Shown here piece by piece: positions 1-9,995 of a stretch of DNA of 64,000 nucleotides. The position numbers and the translations under genes were made by a program. A model generated the notes under the pieces. The model was not told the DNA's origin and did not search any database. It saw nothing but the letters and a program-made list of their open reading frames with translations. Source of the DNA: Ignavibacteria bacterium (GTDB taxonomy: Bacteria; Bacteroidota; Ignavibacteria; UBA10030; SZUA-254); assembly GCA_016178595.1 (NCBI GenBank), contig JACOSY010000014.1, forward strand, positions 4,256 to 68,255, given 5' to 3'. Every line of letters begins with the position of its first letter. Position 1 is the stretch's first letter.

Positions 1-11
1 TGCTTGAGATT

Positions 12-791
12 CTATGAATGTATGTTGGTCGCAAGTTGAATCTTCATCCAGAAGTTGAGTGGCTCAGGGCGGCCTCCGAATCCACCAATTGGAGGCCCGC
101 CCATACCACGTCCCCGATAACCCCCGGGGCCTTCTCTGCTGCCGCCCCGTCGACTGCCGCCGGATGGCTGTTCGCCGCCTTCCTGACGGTGGACACTTTC
201 ACCGGTCTCAATCCCGATTCCGATCGTCTCTCCGGGTTGCGCTCCAACGCCGTAGAGATGTCCGCGATTATCCATGAGAGGAACTTTGAGTCTATACATC
301 AATGATCCGCCTTGATTGTCGATCGTGACGGTGACACCTTTTGTTTCGGAGAATGTCAGAAGATGATGCTCGTTCTCTCCGGGACCGAGGATTTCGAGAT
401 TTTGAGGTAACTGTTCCGGGAATATGAAAGAGGTATCGGGAGTACCTTCGGAGCGACGCGGACGTTCGCCCATAGAAACAATGTCTGTGCCCGTGGGATA
501 ACGGATCCCAAAACGTTTCTCGTTTCCACCGGCGTGATCAAACCAGACAGTGAGTCCACGGAAGAAGATTTGACGCAATGTCCTCCGGTCACCGGCAACG
601 AACGACAGGTAGACATACTCGTCGTCGTTCCCTATGTCGACGGCGAGGTTCTGATCCTTGATGTACTTTGCGCTGTCTTGCCACGACTCGGTATCGTTCG
701 TGTGCCATCGACTTGTCAGTTGTAACGATGACGAGCATCCGATGAAAATACAGGAAAGGATAACGAGACCGGATGCAATATTTTTCATCAA
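12..791 (-). CDS. Hypothetical lipoprotein with Gly/Arg-rich C-terminal region
   Basis: 259-aa ORF; signal peptide with lipobox-like FIGC; low-complexity GGSRRGG tail. Confidence 0.8.
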   Translation of the reverse strand: MMKNIASGLVILSCIFIGCSSSLQLTSRWHTNDTESWQDSAKYIKDQNLAVDIGNDDEYVYLSFVAGDRRTLRQIFFRGLTVWFDHAGGNEKRFGIRYPTGTDIVSMGERPRRSEGTPDTSFIFPEQLPQNLEILGPGENEHHLLTFSETKGVTVTIDNQGGSLMYRLKVPLMDNRGHLYGVGAQPGETIGIGIETGESVHRQEGGEQPSGGSRRGGSREGPGGYRGRGMGGPPIGGFGGRPEPLNFWMKIQLATNIHS

Positions 792-1019
792 CTGCGCTCT
801 AAAAAATGGTGTGGAATGCCGATTTCACATTTGACAGCGTTGTTGGCGAGAAGTTTAAGAGAATGGAAGGTGTCGAGAAAATTATTCATATTTCATCAGA
901 CCCGGCAATGAGCAAAATGTCAATAAAATTCCTATCTTAAGCCATCCGCAGCTCTTGTTGTCAAAGAGCAGGTAGCCCGGATTCGGATTTTCATACAACA
1001 TTTCACGGAAGGAATATCC

Positions 1020-2165
1020 ATGAGCAGAAAGTTTCTCGTTCGTTCGTGCATTGCCACGAGTAGCATCCTCGTTTTCGCTACAATCATGATGAGCATAACG
1101 GGACGCAATCCATTGCACGCCCGCGTGCCCGACAAGACCGATGAACAAACCGTCGAGCAGGTGCGGAAGAATATCCAAGTACTCAAGGGGCTCCCCGCAT
1201 CGCAGCTCAACATGGTGATGGATTACGTGGCTACCTCGCTTGGCGTTCGCTGCCAGCACTGTCACGTCTCCGATTCGAGCGGCTGGCAATATGAGAAAGA
1301 CGATAAACAGACGAAGAACACTGCCCGGAAGATGATGCAGATGGTCATGGATTTGAACACAAAAAATTTTGGCGGACGAACTGCTGTGACTTGTTTTACC
1401 TGTCATCGCGGCTCGACGGAGCCTGCGAAAATAATTACTCTTCCACAACCTTCAGCGAAGCCAAGGCAAGAACAAACAACTGCGGTTCCTACATTTCCGA
1501 GTGTTGACCAGATACTCGGCATGTACGAGAAAGCCCTCGGAGGCACGGATGCGATGAAAAAGATTACTTCGCGTATGAGTAAAGGCGTCTCCGTCGATGA
1601 GCAGGGGAGAGAAGCACCGGTAGAGGTGGTACAACAAGCGCCAAATAAATATTCAGCTTCGGTCAGCGTGAGAGAGGGAATGCAGTTTACGCGCAGCTTC
1701 AATGGCACGAATGGATGGATGAATAGTCCGAGAGGCGCGCGTGAGATTCCGACGGATGAGCTTGACGGCTTTAGGCGCATTGCGCCACTCTTTCCGATCT
1801 CGAGAATCAGAGAACTCTCGAAGACCATGCAAGTCAGTCAGATCGACGCCGTAAACGGAGCAAGAGCGTACGTCCTCGCAGCACCGGTTAGTGAGAACAC
1901 GACCGAGCGCTACTATATCGACAGCGCGAGCGGTCTTCTTCTTCGCGGAGTCGTCGTAACGCAAACCATGATTGGCGACATTCCTGAACAGATCGATTAC
2001 AGCAATTACCGAGCTGTTGACGGTGCCATGATACCGTTTACTGTTCGGACGGCAGCCGTCGATCCGCGGGACGGTTCTACATATAAATTTACATCCGTCG
2101 AACAGAACGTCCCGATCGATGAGAAAAAATTCATGATGCTGGAAATGAAACAACGGCGAAGATAA
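1020..2165 (+). CDS. Diheme c-type cytochrome (reaction-centre cytochrome c subunit-like N-terminal domain) fused to a LolA-like/beta-rich C-terminal domain
   Basis: Signal peptide; KNIQVLKG motif; CQHCH and CFTCH heme motifs; C-terminal YxDxxSGLL...DYxNYRAVDG pattern. Confidence 0.8.
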   Translation: MSRKFLVRSCIATSSILVFATIMMSITGRNPLHARVPDKTDEQTVEQVRKNIQVLKGLPASQLNMVMDYVATSLGVRCQHCHVSDSSGWQYEKDDKQTKNTARKMMQMVMDLNTKNFGGRTAVTCFTCHRGSTEPAKIITLPQPSAKPRQEQTTAVPTFPSVDQILGMYEKALGGTDAMKKITSRMSKGVSVDEQGREAPVEVVQQAPNKYSASVSVREGMQFTRSFNGTNGWMNSPRGAREIPTDELDGFRRIAPLFPISRIRELSKTMQVSQIDAVNGARAYVLAAPVSENTTERYYIDSASGLLLRGVVVTQTMIGDIPEQIDYSNYRAVDGAMIPFTVRTAAVDPRDGSTYKFTSVEQNVPIDEKKFMMLEMKQRRR

Positions 2166-2205
2166 ATTGTTCCCCGTCGCAAGACGTGCGATACCTCGCG
2201 AGCAC

Positions 2206-2235
2206 AAAAGGCAGGCGATGAACCTGCCTTTTTTT
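2206..2235 (+). terminator. Rho-independent terminator
   Basis: AAAAGGCAGG-cgatgaa-CCTGCCTTTT followed by further Ts. Confidence 0.75.
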
Positions 2236-2249
2236 ATAAGGCGGCCTGA

Positions 2250-3128
2250 ATGAGAGAAAAGAAAATCGCTTTTGTCACGTCCATCGATTATCCCGAGTTG
2301 ACTGATGATGATCGAATAGCGTCGCAAGCTCTTCGATCCGAGGGTGTGCGCATTGTGCCGGTGGTGTGGAATGAACCTTCAACGGAGTGGGCAGAGTTCG
2401 ATGTGGTCGTCGTTCGTTCCTGCTGGGACTATCATCGCGCTCCCGATGCTTTTCGATCGTGGATCGATTCGATGGAAGAACACGACGTTCGCATCTGGAA
2501 TCCGCCCAATATTCTCCGATGGAACATGGAGAAGACGTATCTTTGCGACATCGAGAAAAGAGGCATTGCCATTCCACGAACGATTTTCCTGAACGATACG
2601 GATTCATTCGACGCACGCTCGATAATAGATCGCATTGGAACAAGCGATGTTGTCATTAAGCCGGCGATCTCTGCCTCGGCGTGGAGGACATGGAGATGCT
2701 CGCTGATCAACTTTTCCTCAGATGACAGAAATCGGCTGGACGAACTCAGTAGACAATCAAACATTATGGTGCAGGAATTCATGCCGGAGATTATCAAGGA
2801 CGGGGAGTGGTCGTTTATTTTTTTCGGCGATCGCTTCAGCCATGCAGTGCGAAAATATCCCGGCTCGAAAGACTTCCGCGTTCAGAAGGAACATGGGGGG
2901 AGGTATCATCCTATTCAGAATCTTCCCGTACCCCTCGTGCAAGAAGCGGAGAAAATCATTACAACGATTGAGGAGCCTATTCTGTACGCCAGGGTCGACG
3001 GTATCGAGCGCGAGGGGAAATTGATCCTCATGGAGCTTGAGCTTATCGAGCCGCAGCTTTTCTTCGACTCTCACCCGGATGCAGTAAAGCGCTTCATGGA
3101 ACAATTGCGTTTGCTTGCATTCGGGTAA
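2250..3128 (+). CDS. ATP-grasp protein (glutathione synthetase/RimK-like)
   Basis: RSCWDY, VIKPAISASA, VQEF, YARVD and LMELELIEP motifs. Confidence 0.85.
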   Translation: MREKKIAFVTSIDYPELTDDDRIASQALRSEGVRIVPVVWNEPSTEWAEFDVVVVRSCWDYHRAPDAFRSWIDSMEEHDVRIWNPPNILRWNMEKTYLCDIEKRGIAIPRTIFLNDTDSFDARSIIDRIGTSDVVIKPAISASAWRTWRCSLINFSSDDRNRLDELSRQSNIMVQEFMPEIIKDGEWSFIFFGDRFSHAVRKYPGSKDFRVQKEHGGRYHPIQNLPVPLVQEAEKIITTIEEPILYARVDGIEREGKLILMELELIEPQLFFDSHPDAVKRFMEQLRLLAFG

Positions 3129-3293
3129 CGTAAGAATATTGATTGACGCCGCTTGATGAGTTTCGCCTTCAGTCACCATTGCCTGTCGGATGATTCCAGT
3201 TGTTAACCGTTGCCTACATATCTCCGTCTTCCTTATGTAATCCCAATTGTTCCCGTTACTGCCGAGATATTCATTTTCAGAAAGGATTGTCCC

Positions 3294-3791
3294 ATGGATC
3301 AAATTCATGGAGAAACCAACATGTTTCTTGCACTCGTCGCTCTTGGCGGCTGGGTGCTGTGGCTCATCTTTCGGAGACAACAGGTACACGTCCAGGCGCG
3401 GATGAAGCGTACCGAGGTGTTCGATCACCTGATCGAAAAGTTCAGCACGAGCCAGGAGTTTATCGAATTCCTCAAGACCGATCAGGGGAAAAAGTTCGTC
3501 GAAGACCCGCTCCTCCTGCCGCAGTCCAATCCCTCGCGTGCGGTGTTGCGGTTCGTACAAGTGGGGATCGTGTTTGCGGCGATCAGCGTGGCGTTCCTGC
3601 TCAACTGGCTCAACATCAATCATTACGTCCAGACGGCGACAAACCCGGATATAAACGAGATACGGAAGGTGATGGATTATTACTACTGGGCGATGCTCTC
3701 GTTGACTCTTGCCGGCGGGATGTTCCTGATCGCAGCGGTGACGCGATTCCTGGCAAAGCGCTGGAACCTGAACGGTTCGCATGGTCGCTGA
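3294..3791 (+). CDS. Membrane protein encoded with the ECF sigma factor
   Basis: Three hydrophobic segments; ATG at 3294 follows AAGGA; ends 18 nt before the sigma gene. Confidence 0.7.
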   Translation: MDQIHGETNMFLALVALGGWVLWLIFRRQQVHVQARMKRTEVFDHLIEKFSTSQEFIEFLKTDQGKKFVEDPLLLPQSNPSRAVLRFVQVGIVFAAISVAFLLNWLNINHYVQTATNPDINEIRKVMDYYYWAMLSLTLAGGMFLIAAVTRFLAKRWNLNGSHGR

Positions 3792-3809
3792 GAAGGCTGC
3801 ATCCGGTAG

Positions 3810-4328
3810 ATGATGGAACAGCCTTTCGGTATGGATGAAGCGGCATTCCGCGCGTTCTATGAGGGCACGAGGCAATCGCTCTGGTCGTACATCATCCGCT
3901 CGCTCCGAGACACTACACGGGCAGATGATGTCTTTCAGGAATCGTACGTACGGTTCATCCAGAGTAGCGCGGGAACGTTGGAGCCGGCGCAGCAGCGTGC
4001 GTACTTATTCCGAACCGCATCGAACCTGCTGGTGGATCTTTACAGAAAACAGAAACGGCTGCAACCGATGAGCGCTGAGGCCGAACAGATGCACACCGAC
4101 AGCTACGACCGATCGAGCCATGCGATGGACGTGCGGCATGACGTAGGGAAGGCGTTCGATCAACTCACATCGCAGGAACGTTCACTCCTCTGGCTTGCGT
4201 ATGTCGAGGAGTATCCGCATAGAGAGATTGCCGGGATGCTGAAGGTAAAGGAGAAAAGTGTTAAGGTGTTGTTGTTTCGGGCGAAACGTCATCTGCTGCA
4301 GATTGCAGAGAACATAGGATTACGCTGA
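3810..4328 (+). CDS. ECF RNA polymerase sigma factor
   Basis: Region 2 (ADDVFQESY, YLFRTASNLLVD) and region 4 (HREIAGMLKVKEKSVKVLLFRA) motifs. Confidence 0.9.
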   Translation: MMEQPFGMDEAAFRAFYEGTRQSLWSYIIRSLRDTTRADDVFQESYVRFIQSSAGTLEPAQQRAYLFRTASNLLVDLYRKQKRLQPMSAEAEQMHTDSYDRSSHAMDVRHDVGKAFDQLTSQERSLLWLAYVEEYPHREIAGMLKVKEKSVKVLLFRAKRHLLQIAENIGLR

Positions 4329-4336
4329 AAGGAGAA

Positions 4337-4804
4337 ATGGTTATGAAAGAGTATTGTTCACGCGAGCCGGAAGTCGTTCGTGCACTAAAGGAGGATGCAT
4401 GGAACGAGGGGCTGCGAAGGCATACAGAGGATTGTACAGTGTGCAGCACGACCGCTGGAATCATGCCGATGATGAAGCAACTTGCTACTGATACATTGCG
4501 TGTAAGCCGCGCACTTCCGAGCTACCAATTGCTCTGGATACGCGCGCAATTTGTGAGACGGCAGGAGAAACTGTCGCTGCTCGACCTTGTTGCATTCATC
4601 GGTGCACTCGTGATCGGATTGACGGGGCTTCTCGGTGTGCTCATCTGGAAAGTGCCCGGAGTGTTCCAGTCAGTTTTCGGCTTCAAAGGACCGCAGCCGT
4701 CGGCGTGGACTGATTTGATACCCGTCGGTCTTCCGATGTTGATAGTGGTCGGTGGACTGTTACTCTACCTTGCTCTCTCGGATGTGTTTGTCGCAGAGCG
4801 ATGA
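4337..4804 (+). CDS. Putative zinc-binding anti-sigma factor
   Basis: HTEDCTVC (HxxxCxxC) motif plus two TM helices; directly downstream of the ECF sigma. Confidence 0.75.
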   Translation: MVMKEYCSREPEVVRALKEDAWNEGLRRHTEDCTVCSTTAGIMPMMKQLATDTLRVSRALPSYQLLWIRAQFVRRQEKLSLLDLVAFIGALVIGLTGLLGVLIWKVPGVFQSVFGFKGPQPSAWTDLIPVGLPMLIVVGGLLLYLALSDVFVAER

Positions 4805-4993
4805 TGCAAGGGAAGTAAGAATTGCAAGAAGGAGGAGGGGAGGAGCGGTGAATGTGACAAGAAAATTATGTACGCTACAGTCGATTATTGACTGGTTGTC
4901 ATCATATACAAGAAGGAAGGAACCATGAGCAAATCCGAAATCATTCCAATGCATCCTTTATGAAGCATCGATAGATGGGGCTTAGCTCTCAAC

Positions 4994-5034
4994 AAAAAAA
5001 CCCCCTCTCCCGATTTTCATCGGGAGCAGGGTTT
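4994..5034 (-). terminator. Terminator of the cold-shock gene, containing a TCCCGAT-tttc-ATCGGGA mini-hairpin
   Basis: GC stem with an A7 run on + (U run on -), 21 nt after the csp stop. Confidence 0.7.
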
Positions 5035-5055
5035 GTGTTACGAATGATCTCTCGC

Positions 5056-5256
5056 TCAGGCGAGGGAGACGTTCGTCGCTTGAAGCCCCTTGGGGCCGGT
5101 CTCGACGTCGAACTGCACTGCATCACCCTCGTTCAGGTTTTTGTACCCGTCGCCGGTGATCGCTTTGAAGTGCACAAACACATCTTCGCCGCCGCTGCGT
5201 GAAATGAAGCCGTAACCTTTGGCCCCATTGAACCATTTTACTGTTCCTTTTTCCAT
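5056..5256 (-). CDS. Cold-shock protein (CspA family)
   Basis: [18 protein letters not shown] and DVFVHF RNP motifs; 66 aa. Confidence 0.95.
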   Translation of the reverse strand: MEKGTVKWFNGAKGYGFISRSGGEDVFVHFKAITGDGYKNLNEGDAVQFDVETGPKGLQATNVSLA

Positions 5257-5598
5257 GGAACACATTCCTTTATATTTTGTAACCACCCGACTCAACCGTC
5301 GGGCAAGGTGTACGCCGAACATACGAACTCTTAAGCTATTCTTGAATGATGGCGTTACAGACCTTGGAAGGAATCGTACGGTTCATCAGCAGGAATCTAA
5401 AAGCGTGCTTTATTTGCAGGAATCTGCGGGTAAAGCTCTCCAGAAGGAGAATAGACGGTGTACTGTTATTTGTTAAAATTAAGATACATATATTCCATAT
5501 CAATTCCTAATTGAGTAAGCACTGGTTATTAATATCATGCAATGTCGCTTATCGCAATAAACCTTTCATATCTTTTCCGTATACTTCAGTAATACTGT

Positions 5599-5982
5599 AT
5601 GACTCTTCCACGACGCATATTCTTCGTCCTTCTCGGCTTCAGCTTGCTGCTTGGCCAGTTACCGTATCGATCCCTCTATTGCGGGATGATGAAGAGATCG
5701 ATCGACACGCAGATGATGCAGTGCTGTATGAAGCATCGAGCCGTAGAAGAACGGGAGCTGGTACATCGTTTTACATCCGCAGGAATGATGCAGGTACATG
5801 CCAAGCCAACACTCGGCGACTTCGACCGCTATCGCTCGGAGAATACATTTTCATCTCATATTTTCTTCACGGATTGTTTCGCGGCAGTTGATCCGATGTT
5901 GCTCATCGAGCAACCGGTAACACAGGATGCCGAACACTTGCCACCCGATCTGACCATCCTCAACCTCAATCTCAGGATTTAA
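5599..5982 (+). CDS. Small exported Cys/His/Met-rich protein (HYC_CC_PP-like)
   Basis: Signal-like N terminus, LYC, CC and C-terminal PP..I....LRI; upstream of a Spy/CpxP-like gene. Confidence 0.6.
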   Translation: MTLPRRIFFVLLGFSLLLGQLPYRSLYCGMMKRSIDTQMMQCCMKHRAVEERELVHRFTSAGMMQVHAKPTLGDFDRYRSENTFSSHIFFTDCFAAVDPMLLIEQPVTQDAEHLPPDLTILNLNLRI

Positions 5983-6068
5983 GATTTCCTTTGCTGTGAC
6001 GTTGTATGATCTCCTGCCGAGATTCGGCGGGAGCTGCAAATATTATTTCACACAGAAAGGAACATACA

Positions 6069-6803
6069 ATGAAAGCATTCAGTGTAATCCTCGTTCTCGC
6101 GACGATGTTTCTCTCATCGTGCAGCGTTCAGAACCCGAAAGAGTTATTCAATAACCCCAAGTCACGGGATGCCGTCTTTGCCGCCATTCTCGACGACCAT
6201 GAATTGATGATGGAATTTCTCCAGCAAGCCCGCGGGAACGATCATGCAACAATGATGATCTCACATTTCATGGGCAACGAGTCATCAACGGATCATGCGA
6301 ATTGTCCGATGATGAAAGAGACGCAAGCCGATGCAGCGAAGAGCCCGTATATCGGTGAAGAGAGTCGGGCAGTCAAATCGCTCTCATCCGACGACATCCG
6401 GAAGTATCGGGATGGAGAAGGGATGGGGCAGGCGAAGGTTGCCGAGCTCAATCACTACCCCGGACCGAAGCACGTCCTCCAGGTTGCATCGGGGATCGGC
6501 CTGTCCAAGGAACAGCAAACCAAAGCACAAAGCCTCTACGATGCGATGCATGAAAAGGCGGTTCGTCTCGGCAATCTAATCCTTGAGAGGGAAGAGCAGC
6601 TCGATCATTCGTTCGCTGACGGCACGATCGACCGGTCGAAGCTTGCCGGCGCGCTGCAGGGATTGGGACAACTTCAGGGTGAGCTCCGGCTTGCACACGT
6701 TGAGGCGCACCTCGGGATGAAGAACCTTCTCACCAAAGAGCAAATCCAAAAGTATGATGAGATGAGGGGATATCAGAACAGTGGCGGGAGCCATCAACAC
6801 TAA
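6069..6803 (+). CDS. Spy/CpxP-family periplasmic lipoprotein (heavy-metal-sensor-like)
   Basis: Lipobox FLSSC; AELNHYPGPKHVL and LLTKEQIQKY motifs; Met/His-rich; SD AAAGGA before ATG 6069. Confidence 0.8.
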   Translation: MKAFSVILVLATMFLSSCSVQNPKELFNNPKSRDAVFAAILDDHELMMEFLQQARGNDHATMMISHFMGNESSTDHANCPMMKETQADAAKSPYIGEESRAVKSLSSDDIRKYRDGEGMGQAKVAELNHYPGPKHVLQVASGIGLSKEQQTKAQSLYDAMHEKAVRLGNLILEREEQLDHSFADGTIDRSKLAGALQGLGQLQGELRLAHVEAHLGMKNLLTKEQIQKYDEMRGYQNSGGSHQH

Positions 6804-6826
6804 GCTCCAGACGATGAACAAGAAGG

Positions 6827-6848
6827 GCCTACCTGTTCCGGGGTAGGC
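6827..6848. terminator. Hairpin between convergent genes
   Basis: GCCTACC...GGTAGGC followed by TTT. Confidence 0.5.
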
Positions 6849-6892
6849 TTTCCTTGCATAGAGAAGCACATTATCACTATCATCGTATCTTA

Positions 6893-7309
6893 TTATGAAA
6901 AGACTCTCAACGACGTTCCCGACAGTGTCGTATTGTACTTCTTCAATGGGCTGCTTGCCGGTCCATTGATGACGGTTCCATCGGTTGCGAAGTTGGAACC
7001 ATGCAGCGGACAATGAAAGCGATTGTTGGAGAGATCATACTGTACTGTGGTTCCCTGGTGCGTACATGCCATACTCACTGCGATATACGCCCCGCTTCCA
7101 GTACGTGCAACAATAACGCCGTTCTTGTAGAGATATCCACCGTTCGATTGCAGGGAACTATTGGCAGGATCCGACAAGTCGAGTGTAAAATCGACATTTG
7201 TTGGAGCATTGACCACTGCATCTTCCTGCTTGCATCCATCCATGCATGTGCCACAGACGATTGCTGCCGTTCCAATCCCGAGTATCGATAAGAATTCTTT
7301 TCTATCCAT
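6893..7309 (-). CDS. Rieske [2Fe-2S] protein with TAT-like signal
   Basis: MDRKEFL leader; CTHQG and CPLHGSNF Rieske boxes. Confidence 0.92.
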   Translation of the reverse strand: MDRKEFLSILGIGTAAIVCGTCMDGCKQEDAVVNAPTNVDFTLDLSDPANSSLQSNGGYLYKNGVIVARTGSGAYIAVSMACTHQGTTVQYDLSNNRFHCPLHGSNFATDGTVINGPASSPLKKYNTTLSGTSLRVFS

Positions 7310-7515
7310 TATCAGAATCTAATATTGTAGGTTTTTAGTGTGCCATATCGAGTTAGAATATAGTATAGCGAATAGGTTTAATTTTTCAAAAACTGATTTT
7401 CTTTCGCCATCATTCTCTTCACGGCTATCGCCGCCGCCGGTTTCCTTTCCTTCAAAAATATTCCTATCTTTCTACCGATTCGATCTTCTTTCAGTGATAT
7501 TATTGGAGAAACTTC

Positions 7516-8871
7516 ATGCGAACATTATTCCGCCATTTCGTGCTTGTTGTGTTATTGAATGCAGCATGGTACATGACGGCTGTGTCGAAGCAACATGCTG
7601 CCACAGCCGATTCGGTGAAAGAGGAGTTCCAACACGCCTGGAGCTCCTACAAACAATACGCATGGGGACACGACGCGCTCAAACCATTGAGCAAGCAACC
7701 CCACGATTGGTACGGCACGTCGCTGTACATGACGCCCGTCGATGCGTACGATGTGATGTTGCTGATGGGACTTACGAAGGAAGCCGCCGAGGCAAAGCAG
7801 CTCATCCTCGACAGTCTTTCGTTCAACAAGGACATCGAAATTCAAAGTTTCGAGATTACCATCCGTCATTTGGGTGGATTGCTCGCCGCGTATCAGATGG
7901 ATGGCAACAAACGTTTCCTTGCCCTCGCCGAGGATCTCGGGAAACGACTTCTGCCGGTCTACAATTCTCATACAGGGATGCCGTATCGGTTCGTTCATCT
8001 GCAAACTGGAATGATACGCGACTCGATCAATAATCCTGCCGAGATCGGCACGGCGCTTCTCGAATTCGGAACGTTGAGCAAACTTACCGGCAATTCAATC
8101 TATTACGAGAAGGCAAAGAGCGCGCTCGTTCAATTATACAACCATCGCTCGAAGATAGGTCTTGTCGGTACCTGGATCAACGTCGAGACCGGAGAGTGGG
8201 TCGACAGCACAAGCCACATCGGTGGGGCGATAGATTCTTATTATGAATATCTTTTGAAAGCGTGGCTCTTGTTCGGTGATAAAGAGTGTAAGGCGATGTG
8301 GGATGAGAGCATCAAAGCGATTGAGACCTATCTTGCCGATACGACACATGGCGGGTTGTGGTATGGTCAAGTCGATATGAATACTGGAAAACGTACGGGC
8401 ACGACGTTCGGATCGCTTGAAGCGTTCTTCCCGGCAGTGCTATGTCTTGTAGGAGACACATCGAGAGCCGCTGTGCTTGAGGAGTCGTGTTTGAAAATGT
8501 GGAATCTCTACGGGATAGAACCCGAGGAAATAAACTACGCAACGATGAAAGTGACAGCGAAACAATATCATTTGAGACCGGAGATCATCGAGTCTGCGTA
8601 TTATCTGTATCGTTCTACCGGCGACCCGAAGTATTTGCGGATGGGGGAGACATTCTTTAATGGAATCGTCAAGTATTGCAGGGCGGATGCAGGGTATGCA
8701 TCGCTACGGGACGTCACGACCAAAGAGAAAGACGACGCCATGCAGAGCTTCTTTTTTGCAGAGACGATGAAATATCTCTATTTACTCTTTGCGCCGAAGG
8801 AAACATTGCCGTTCGAGAAGGTTATTTTCACAACGGAAGCTCATCCGATTTGGAAGACTCACAAGGAATGA
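7516..8871 (+). CDS. Glycoside hydrolase family 47 alpha-1,2-mannosidase
   Basis: AWGHDALKPLS, FEITIRHLGGLL, DSYYEYLLK, LRPE, SFFFAETMKYLYLLF and TEAHP motifs; signal peptide. Confidence 0.92.
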   Translation: MRTLFRHFVLVVLLNAAWYMTAVSKQHAATADSVKEEFQHAWSSYKQYAWGHDALKPLSKQPHDWYGTSLYMTPVDAYDVMLLMGLTKEAAEAKQLILDSLSFNKDIEIQSFEITIRHLGGLLAAYQMDGNKRFLALAEDLGKRLLPVYNSHTGMPYRFVHLQTGMIRDSINNPAEIGTALLEFGTLSKLTGNSIYYEKAKSALVQLYNHRSKIGLVGTWINVETGEWVDSTSHIGGAIDSYYEYLLKAWLLFGDKECKAMWDESIKAIETYLADTTHGGLWYGQVDMNTGKRTGTTFGSLEAFFPAVLCLVGDTSRAAVLEESCLKMWNLYGIEPEEINYATMKVTAKQYHLRPEIIESAYYLYRSTGDPKYLRMGETFFNGIVKYCRADAGYASLRDVTTKEKDDAMQSFFFAETMKYLYLLFAPKETLPFEKVIFTTEAHPIWKTHKE

Positions 8872-9053
8872 TCCGGATGGAGTTGGTGACACACCTTGAT
8901 GAGAATCTTGAGTGGCCGGACATTACTTTGTTGCTGGTGGTGTTGATTTCGTTGCCTCCGATTATTGTGCCCCATTGAAATGAAGCGAGCGTTGCAGAAC
9001 AATGCTCGGTACATCACAATAGTGCAGACAATCTCGGACTTGATCTGACAAAA

Positions 9054-9746
9054 ATGCCCCCACTCCTTCTTCTCCATGGCGCTCTCGGCTCGAAAGAGCA
9101 GTTCGATCCGCTTCTTCAACTCCTTTCAGATAATCTTCCTGTTCATTCATTGAACTTCACGGGCCACGGCAGCGTACCGCTCACCGATGAGCCGTTTTGC
9201 ATCGAGCTCTTTTGCACGGACGTGCTGGAATGGATGGATCGAGAGAAAATCGACTGCGCCGACATCTTCGGCTACAGTATGGGAGGCTGCGTCGGTCTTT
9301 TCCTCGCCCGGCACCATCCAACAAGGGTCAACAGGATCATGACCCTTGCGACAAAATTCCAGTGGGACGCAATCACCGCACAACGTGAAGCTGCACGCCT
9401 CGAACTGAAAGTAATCGAATCGAAGCTGCCTGCGTTTGCGCAACAACTCGCCCAACGCCACTCCGAGCAGAACTGGCGGGGGGTGGTTGAACGCACCGCC
9501 GCGATGATGCTGGCACTTGGAGAAAAGCCGACGCTCACGGAGCAAGACCTCTGCAGTATTCAGCACACCGTTCTCGTCAGCGTCGGCGACCGAGATACGA
9601 TGGTCGGAATCGAGGAAACGGCGGCAGCGTACCGCTCACTACCAAACGCGCAACTCCTTATCCTGCCCGGTACGCCGCATCCGCTTGAGCGTGTAGAACC
9701 AAAGCGGCTCGCGCGGGAAATCAAAGCATTCTTTTCAGTTGATTGA
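9054..9746 (+). CDS. Alpha/beta hydrolase
   Basis: LLLHGALG, GYSMGG nucleophile elbow, GDRD, H near the C terminus. Confidence 0.9.
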   Translation: MPPLLLLHGALGSKEQFDPLLQLLSDNLPVHSLNFTGHGSVPLTDEPFCIELFCTDVLEWMDREKIDCADIFGYSMGGCVGLFLARHHPTRVNRIMTLATKFQWDAITAQREAARLELKVIESKLPAFAQQLAQRHSEQNWRGVVERTAAMMLALGEKPTLTEQDLCSIQHTVLVSVGDRDTMVGIEETAAAYRSLPNAQLLILPGTPHPLERVEPKRLAREIKAFFSVD

Positions 9747-9771
9747 CATTGTCTCGACGAATCTCTACCTT
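9743..9771 (+). promoter_or_regulatory. Sigma70-type promoter of the kinase array
   Basis: TTGACA-N17-TACCTT. Confidence 0.6.
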
Positions 9772-9995
9772 GAAACGTCTTCTAACGGTGGATATTGTGC
9801 GATCAGAATAACCGGAAGTTTTTACACAGCTAATTCTTAAAAAAACTGAACTTGTACGACGTTCGACGTCTCTGTCGTATACTCCCGACGATCATGCCAG
9901 GCAAGATACGTAGATCACTCAGGGATATTTTTCAGCGAGAGACGACAAATCAATAAGAAGCCGTTACCGGTTCACGGAACCAAGAGGTGCCGCCG

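Noticed and set aside
2757-3875. 372-aa minus-strand ORF
   Set aside because: Antisense to three better-supported plus-strand genes
9894-9956. 20-codon ORF MPGKIRRSLRDIFQRETTNQ in the kinase-array leader
   Set aside because: No SD, no overlap with 9996, and a length expected by chance
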